Positions 28,801 through 32,000 of a stretch of DNA of 32,000 nucleotides are shown in pieces (positions within the stretch are counted from its first letter, which is position 1; every line of letters starts with the position of its first letter). The translations under genes were made by a program, and so were the position numbers. Source of the DNA: Okeania sp. (GTDB lineage Bacteria > Cyanobacteriota > Cyanobacteriia > Cyanobacteriales > Microcoleaceae); assembly GCF_035285525.1 (NCBI RefSeq), contig NZ_JAYKGW010000187.1:14461-46460 (forward strand). The letters are read 5' to 3'. Under the pieces are notes generated by a model. It was not told the DNA's origin and made no database searches. It saw only the letters and a program-made list of their open reading frames with translations.

Positions 28801-29171
28801 TTTGTACTTCTCGAATAGAAAGTTTTCCCAGAGTAATATTAGAAGCAATGGCTTATAATTTACCAATAGTTACTACTCCAGTTTTTGGCATAGTTGAACA
28901 AGTTAAACCAAATATTAATGGTTTGTTTTATACTCCAGAAAATCCAGAAGAATTAGCAAATGTTTTGACATCTTTATTAATAGATGAAGAGTTACGTCAG
29001 AGATTTGCTAATAATGCTAAATATGTATTGGAGTCGTTAAATACTTTTGCAGAAATGACCGAAACTTATGGTGAAATATTCCAAGAAGCTTACTTTTCTT
29101 TAGATAAATTAGCGCACAAGGATTATACCACGGCACACAAGGATTTAGGCACGGATACACGGATTAATTAG
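22815..29171 (+). CDS. 2118-aa multidomain glycan assembly protein: sulfotransferase, 19-aa repeats, ~230-aa coiled coil, duplicated beta-rich module, GT2, GT2, 45-aa repeats, GT4
   Basis: AAGGAG Shine-Dalgarno at 22799-22804. Sulfotransferase PAPS motifs ITGMHRSGTS and FIFVYRSPWEVVDS. Seven 28-aa LETxLGxTQxQL heptad-based repeats. GT2 #1 ISVVMPVYNPP...DDCS...FMDNDDE. GT2 #2 VTIIIPTKNQ...IDNESD...LNNDTE. GT4 ExxxxxxxE motif ESFPRVILEAMAYNLPIV. Confidence 0.85.
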   Translation: MKSTVLIITGMHRSGTSLTASLFQSVGVNIGEKLIGPEYGNIRGHFEDIEFVELHKQILRSQHIDELGSNVEISEIPVKDEYLEAAKRLIENCQVKNEKVNKFWGWKDPRTTLFLSFWLRLLPDAKFIFVYRSPWEVVDSLYRRGTDKKLLEQPELAVKMWWDYNRRILDFYQQFSAQCLIGKVDTIGKNSEGFIEAVNEKFEIDLSAPPPGNFTESLLVKDISKTTKPGLIERYFPEALEVYKELEKIGVEEGVSSFYEVRLQKLEVGSEVSKVKDENLGTKNWEVGSGESKVKAEKVGSQKLEVGSEVSEVKDEKFGTQNWEVGSEVSEVKAEKLGTKNWEVGSEESKVKDEKFGTKNWEVGSGESKVKAEKVGSQKLEVGSEVSKVKDEKVGSQNLEVGSEESKVKAEKLGTKNLEVGSEESEIETKSELWEFRDWLNIRRLEKQNNLLEKQINSLETDVERWREIFREAQQKVGNLETELGETQQQLDNRTIKLQESGKKLELLETELGKTQVQLEARETNLQASQTKVVTLEKKLGQTQSQLENNQIKLQQSQTKIFILETDFGKTQAELDNSKTKFKEALTKISNLETNLGETQLQLDGTQIKLTESQEKIGILETDLGETQNQLQNQVQTNKIQLGESQEKIGILETKLGETQITLEETKAEILAMKSSKFWKLREKWFSWKGKIKKVLRSLQPRFVFSIDSPINWKFYNSQIEIVGWCFHNTLDIQNIRAKIGTEIFLGNYGIPRKDVAQLYEEVKIQNSKVKIQKLEIGSNELENEEVGSKKSNNTSTLENCGLEISAQLSSGNYQLILEAEDKKGKWQKFASYPISVSTVEANFDAPTNWEQREGIIFFAGWCCHPEQKITKLVLKCGGISVDCAYGLRRKDVGEVFPDWVGSEYSGFEVTVEVPSGKWEVSLEAYLENGEVVGFSCQEIFKLKRYSFWDKTQDKFQDLYKFSQALQKRVAERKQRLGRILPLPSEIPNIVRQILTIYREQQKLEGELLPPPEFVLPETIDVYDAWLAVNKWGDRSRQYLMSRLESCRTALPKISVVMPVYNPPLEFLRKGIASVQNQVYQNWEFCIADDCSSNSDVREILTEIAQTDSRIKLIFRSENGNISAATNSAAELATGDFILFMDNDDELTPDALGEVALYISENPETDFLYSDDDKITTEGKRFAPQFKPEYSPELLLSYMYMGHLCVVRKEIFDKVGGLRIGFEGSQDYDFALRATEFSRHVGHLPLVLYHWRTSPGSTAISGGEKPKSFLAGEKAVQESLIRRGIAGKVAQPDWAIRENLGIFKPTFPDQGDSVTIIIPTKNQAKLLKACIESLQKTTYQNYQVFVIDNESDESESLEYLASLKDLFLGEANVSVLPIPNNDGKFNFAAINNRAVERAKTEYILFLNNDTEVISSNWLSQMMGYAKIPGVGTVGAKLIYPDQRIQHAGVIHGLHHGLAGHAFKLLYSENRGYLSQAFVSRNYSAVTAACMLTPRKLFLDNGGFDEENFAVAYNDADYGYRLLRSGYRSVYCPDAELIHKEGTSRGYSDNPQEEANYRRKYSRMIDGFYSPHFSLESELFEIKPRRYFIEIEKSKFTSKKLENSSKESELNSQTLEENSANEPEIDVQTKVDNLPKDSQINSQTKFDISQKESELNSQTLEENSPNELEINVHKKVDNLPKDSQINSQTKFDISQKESELNSQARDCLFPHTNIKILMCSNSLDLTGAPLHQLEIALKLAKDGIIEPIIFCVSDGELREIYQQQNIQVIVKENPLEHIYQIDAYNAALTTFAEQIKSLNIDVMYINTLENFFMVDVAQMLNIPSVWNVHESQPWQTYFNRFGNEIAARALECFRYPYRIIFVADATRNRYLPLNSHHNFTVLHNGLDLELLKKAATKWSRKEARSTLGVQKDEIVILLLGTVCERKGQHDLVKSLSFIPEKEIEKIKCFIVGDRPNLYSLKLHELVKNLPEEVQKKVEIVGETPDTAKYYQAADIFVCTSRIESFPRVILEAMAYNLPIVTTPVFGIVEQVKPNINGLFYTPENPEELANVLTSLLIDEELRQRFANNAKYVLESLNTFAEMTETYGEIFQEAYFSLDKLAHKDYTTAHKDLGTDTRIN

Positions 29172-29363
29172 TAGCTTTAATTTTACTAATAGATTCTAAT
29201 TTGATGTTACTTTTGACTTTGGTTTCAAAGTAATTAAATATTTTTGCATAAATGTTAGATTTGTAAATTCCTTATTACCAAAAAAAGAAGTCTAAAGCCT
29301 CCCTTTTTAAGGGAATGAAAAAAAACGATTCAGTATTTCAAGACTCCTAATGAATTAGGAGGT

Positions 29364-29424
29364 ACTAATAACTAATAACTAATAACTAATAACTAATAAC
29401 TGATAACTGATAACTGATAACTGA
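29364..29424. repeat. Longest STRR-type array in the window: TAATAAC x5 then TGATAAC x3
   Basis: actaataactaataactaataactaataactaataactgataactgataactgataactg read directly. Confidence 0.95.
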
Positions 29425-29454
29425 AATAACCTACTCCCTACTCCCTATAAAAAA

Positions 29455-30312
29455 ATGATTTTTATTAACCCTAAAACAGATTTTGCTTTCAAGAAAATTT
29501 TTGGTTCTGAAAAGAGCAAAGATATTTTAATTAGTTTCTTAAACGGCATCCTTTATGATGGTAATCCTACCATTAAAGACTTGGAAATTCTTAATCCTTA
29601 TCTTGTACCAAAAGTTCGGGGATTAAAAGATACTTATTTAGATGTTAAAGCTAAAATTACTGGCAAAAAAACTGTGATTATTGAAATGCAAGTCTTAAAC
29701 CTAGAAGGATTTGAGAAACGGATTTTATATAATGCAGCTAAATCTTATTCGACTCAATTAGACTCAGGAGAAGATTATACTTTATTGAATCCTGTAATTG
29801 CTTTGACTATTACAGATTTTGAGATGTTTTCTGGATTAGATAAAGTGATTTCTCGGTTTCTATTAAAGGAAAAAGAATACTTGATAGATTATCCAATTTA
29901 CGACATTGAATTAATATTTGTAGAATTGCCAAAATTCCAGAAAGAAATTTCAGAATTAGTAACTCTTACTGATAAATGGCTTTATTTTCTCAAGAGTGCG
30001 AATGATTTAGATTCTGTACCAGAAATCATGGAAGAAGTACCAGAAATAAATAAAGCATTTGTAGTTGCTAATCAAGCTAATTTAACTAGGGAAGAAATTG
30101 AAAATTTAGAGGCTAGACAAATCTATATATATGACCAAAAAAATTCTATTAAAAGAGCTAAGAATCAAGCAATCGAGGAAGGTAAACAAATAGGTATTCG
30201 AGAAACTCAAATTGAAATTGCCAAAAAATTACTTGAGTTTTTAGATGTAGAAATAGTTAGTAAAAATACAGGTCTGAGTTTAGAAGAAGTTAAACATTTG
30301 AGAGAACAATAA
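29455..30312 (+). CDS. Rpn-family recombination-promoting nuclease / PD-(D/E)XK putative transposase
   Basis: Characteristic N-terminus MIFINPKTDFAFKKIFGSEKSKDILISFLNGIL, then DLEILNPY...DTYLDVKAK...VIIEMQV (D...E-x-Q nuclease core) and FVELPKF. Confidence 0.85.
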   Translation: MIFINPKTDFAFKKIFGSEKSKDILISFLNGILYDGNPTIKDLEILNPYLVPKVRGLKDTYLDVKAKITGKKTVIIEMQVLNLEGFEKRILYNAAKSYSTQLDSGEDYTLLNPVIALTITDFEMFSGLDKVISRFLLKEKEYLIDYPIYDIELIFVELPKFQKEISELVTLTDKWLYFLKSANDLDSVPEIMEEVPEINKAFVVANQANLTREEIENLEARQIYIYDQKNSIKRAKNQAIEEGKQIGIRETQIEIAKKLLEFLDVEIVSKNTGLSLEEVKHLREQ

Positions 30313-30479
30313 ACACACAAGGATTATGCCACAGATATACAGATTAATTAGTAGGTTTTACTACTTGCTGAAGAGGAATGCAAGAACAATATCTATCTGG
30401 TTTTATCTGGTTTTGTTGAAACTTAAGAAAATAAAGATTTTGATTCTTGCTCAAAATTCCTCTAACTTATAATTAAGCA

Positions 30480-30524
30480 CTAATAACTAATAACTGATAA
30501 CTGATAACTGATAACTGATAACTG
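30480..30524. repeat. Heptamer array TAATAAC x2 / TGATAAC x4 abutting the 3' end of the MnmD-like gene
   Basis: Direct reading; it ends 3 nt before the stop codon complement at 30528. Confidence 0.95.
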
Positions 30525-30527
30525 TTT

Positions 30528-31394
30528 CTATGACCAACGTTTTTTCCAATGAGATGTCGGTTCCAAAGATGATTTTTGTTGCTCTAACTGACGGCGATGC
30601 AAAATAACTTCAGCAGAGTCTGATAAACTTGGGTCACGATAAGGAATACCAGCGCGAGTAAGTAAATGTTCTTTTTCCTTTTCCGAAAGTGGGGGTAAAT
30701 TTTCCTCCCCAAAACTAGCTACTGTTCCTGGCGATCGCCTACCCACTGGTGCAGTAGAACCAATTTTCAAACCAGCTTTAAGTAATGCTGTTCTCACTGC
30801 TGCGGAACAAGAATAGGTTGCCAGATAACCATCCGGTTTCAGAAAGCTACTGACTAAAGATAAAAATTCTACCGTCCAGAGTTGAGGACAACTAGGTGGT
30901 GAAAAAGGGTCAAGAAATATAGCATCTGTCTGGAAACCAGAGTTACTTAATTGTTGAATAGCTTTCCTTGCGTCCCCTGTGAGGAGTTGAGCGTGAATTT
31001 TGTCTTTTTCTAATTGGTGGGTTGTGGCTAGGGTTGCTAATAATTCTGGCACAGGTTCAGGCCAACTATTGAGAAGACCTTCGGCGATCGCTGCTTTTGG
31101 CACTTCTGGGTCTAACTCTAGTCCCACTTGCATAACTTTGCAACTAGGATTAATTTTCCAAATAGCCGCTAAAGCTGAGGCTGTATTATATCCTAGTCCG
31201 TAACAAATGTCAAGTAAACAAACTACAGATTGATTTGATTCTACTTTAGATAGTAGTTGAACTGGGTAAACAAATTTATATTCGGCTTCTTGTTGAGCGC
31301 CAAAATGAGAGTGAAAAGTTTCACCAAATTCAGGTGAAAAGAAAGTCCATGAACCATCTGCTGTTAGTTGTGGTGTGAATTTATAATTTGTCAA
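30528..31394 (-). CDS. tRNA (mnm5s2U34) methyltransferase, stand-alone MnmC2/MnmD-like (DUF752 SAM-dependent MTase)
   Basis: TADGSWTFFSPEFGETFHSHFGAQQEA..., LDICYGLGYN (SAM motif I), DAIFLDPFSPPSCPQLWTVEF. TTG start at 31394 preceded by a GGAAG SD-like element. Confidence 0.8.
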   Translation of the reverse strand: MTNYKFTPQLTADGSWTFFSPEFGETFHSHFGAQQEAEYKFVYPVQLLSKVESNQSVVCLLDICYGLGYNTASALAAIWKINPSCKVMQVGLELDPEVPKAAIAEGLLNSWPEPVPELLATLATTHQLEKDKIHAQLLTGDARKAIQQLSNSGFQTDAIFLDPFSPPSCPQLWTVEFLSLVSSFLKPDGYLATYSCSAAVRTALLKAGLKIGSTAPVGRRSPGTVASFGEENLPPLSEKEKEHLLTRAGIPYRDPSLSDSAEVILHRRQLEQQKSSLEPTSHWKKRWS

Positions 31395-31704
31395 TTCTTC
31401 CTTTTCAAACTTTTATCGACTAGACAGTACAAAGTTATAGGAATAATTATTACTCTTTGAAGGCTTTCAGATATCTAAAGGTGAGAAACTTTATATTCGG
31501 AATTTTAAGTTCTGTAAGCTTTTTCCAATAACGCTTTCAGTATACTCGCCAATTCTCAATTTGTACTTTCAAGTTATCTATCAATGCTTTGATATTTAAT
31601 CAGTAAGCTTTAATTATATATTCTTTTGACCAAAAAATTAGGAAATTAATTTTGTATAACCAACTATAGCAATTTCCAAACAGCGGAAGGTACGAATCCT
31701 TGCC

Positions 31705-31765
31705 AAAATAAAAGTCCCTTCATCAATCTTGACAAGGGACAAATAACGATCAGGGTGCATCTACT
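31705..31765 (-). ncRNA. Candidate ~60-nt sRNA, copy 1 of a tandem pair
   Basis: Minus strand: TATACT (31772-31777), a 6-nt spacer, AGTAGATGCACCCTGATCGTTAT, then hairpin GTCCCTT-N13-AAGGGAC followed by TTTTATTTT. Confidence 0.4.
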
Positions 31766-31874
31766 GAGCGCAGTATAACACCTGTGATGGGTTTAGCCCA
31801 TCTGTTTTTGTTAGAAAAATCATATAGTAAAGAAAAAAAATATAAGTTTAATTAAACTAATTTCAAATACTCAA

Positions 31875-31933
31875 AAAAAAAGCCCTCTAGCCAAAATTGA
31901 CCAAGGGACTATAACTATCAGGGTGCATCTACT
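31875..31933 (-). ncRNA. Candidate ~60-nt sRNA, copy 2 of a tandem pair
   Basis: Minus strand: TATACT (31940-31945), a 6-nt spacer, AGTAGATGCACCCTGATAGTTAT, an imperfect hairpin (AGTCCCTTGGTC...GGCTAGAGGGCT), then T9. Confidence 0.4.
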
Positions 31934-32000
31934 AAAATTAGTATAGCTTAAACTAGGGGGTAAAACCCCTCACTTAGTTATATTTATTAATTATAAAAAA

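Noticed and set aside
22815-29171. Possibility that the 6.4-kb ORF is a fusion artefact or pseudogene chain of several glycosyltransferase genes
   Set aside because: The frame is uninterrupted across all domain junctions. The repeat linkers keep multiples of 3 nt (57, 84, 135), and there is a good SD at the single start. A genuine multidomain protein is the simpler reading, although an assembly check of the repeats is still advisable.
29364-29431. Heptamer arrays (here and at 5239, 8843, 16631, 19373, 19766, 30480) considered as CRISPR-like arrays
   Set aside because: The units are 7 nt and contiguous with no unique spacers, and no cas genes are present. They fit STRR-type tandem repeats of heterocystous cyanobacteria, not CRISPR.
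31686-31706. tRNA-like T-arm (AAGG-TACGAAT-CCTT followed by GCCA)
   Set aside because: The upstream 50 nt are too AT-rich to form acceptor, D and anticodon arms, so there is no complete cloverleaf. At most this is a tRNA 3'-fragment relic; it cannot be called a tRNA gene.

Overview
AT-rich, repeat-laden chromosomal segment that looks like a filamentous (Nostocales-type) cyanobacterium. I counted about 14 copies of the HIP1 octamer GCGATCGC. Many heptanucleotide (STRR-type) tandem arrays and several MITE-like families fill unusually long intergenic spacers. Ordinary genes: a 5'-truncated GH13 amylase-family hydrolase, a DUF2256 mini-protein, isoaspartyl peptidase/asparaginase, a RusA-domain fusion protein, a lipoprotein, a HlyD-type periplasmic adaptor with an expanded coiled coil, RuvB, a conserved hypothetical, an Rpn/PD-(D/E)XK nuclease and an MnmD-like tRNA methyltransferase. 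Three loci stand out. (1) 9.6-11.2 kb: a stand-alone IscB gene (PLMP, split RuvC, bridge helix, HNH) preceded by a GC-enriched leader of about 250 nt with nested helices. This fits an omega-RNA, so the locus reads as an OMEGA RNA-guided nuclease module; no TnpA is present. (2) 15.8-29.2 kb: an ABC-transporter-dependent glycan assembly cluster. It holds Wzm, Wzt with a C-terminal beta-sandwich-type extension, a 950-aa double methyltransferase, and a 2118-aa protein with sulfotransferase, coiled coil, GT2, GT2 and GT4 modules. The domain order resembles terminator / molecular ruler / polymerase enzymes. Its genes are separated by MITE/STRR-filled spacers, and its ORFs carry several in-frame tandem repeat linkers. 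(3) 31.7-31.95 kb: two tandem minus-strand units, each running from a -10 box to a terminator, that look like copies of a ~60-nt sRNA gene. All calls rest on reading the sequence and the supplied translations; no database search was run.
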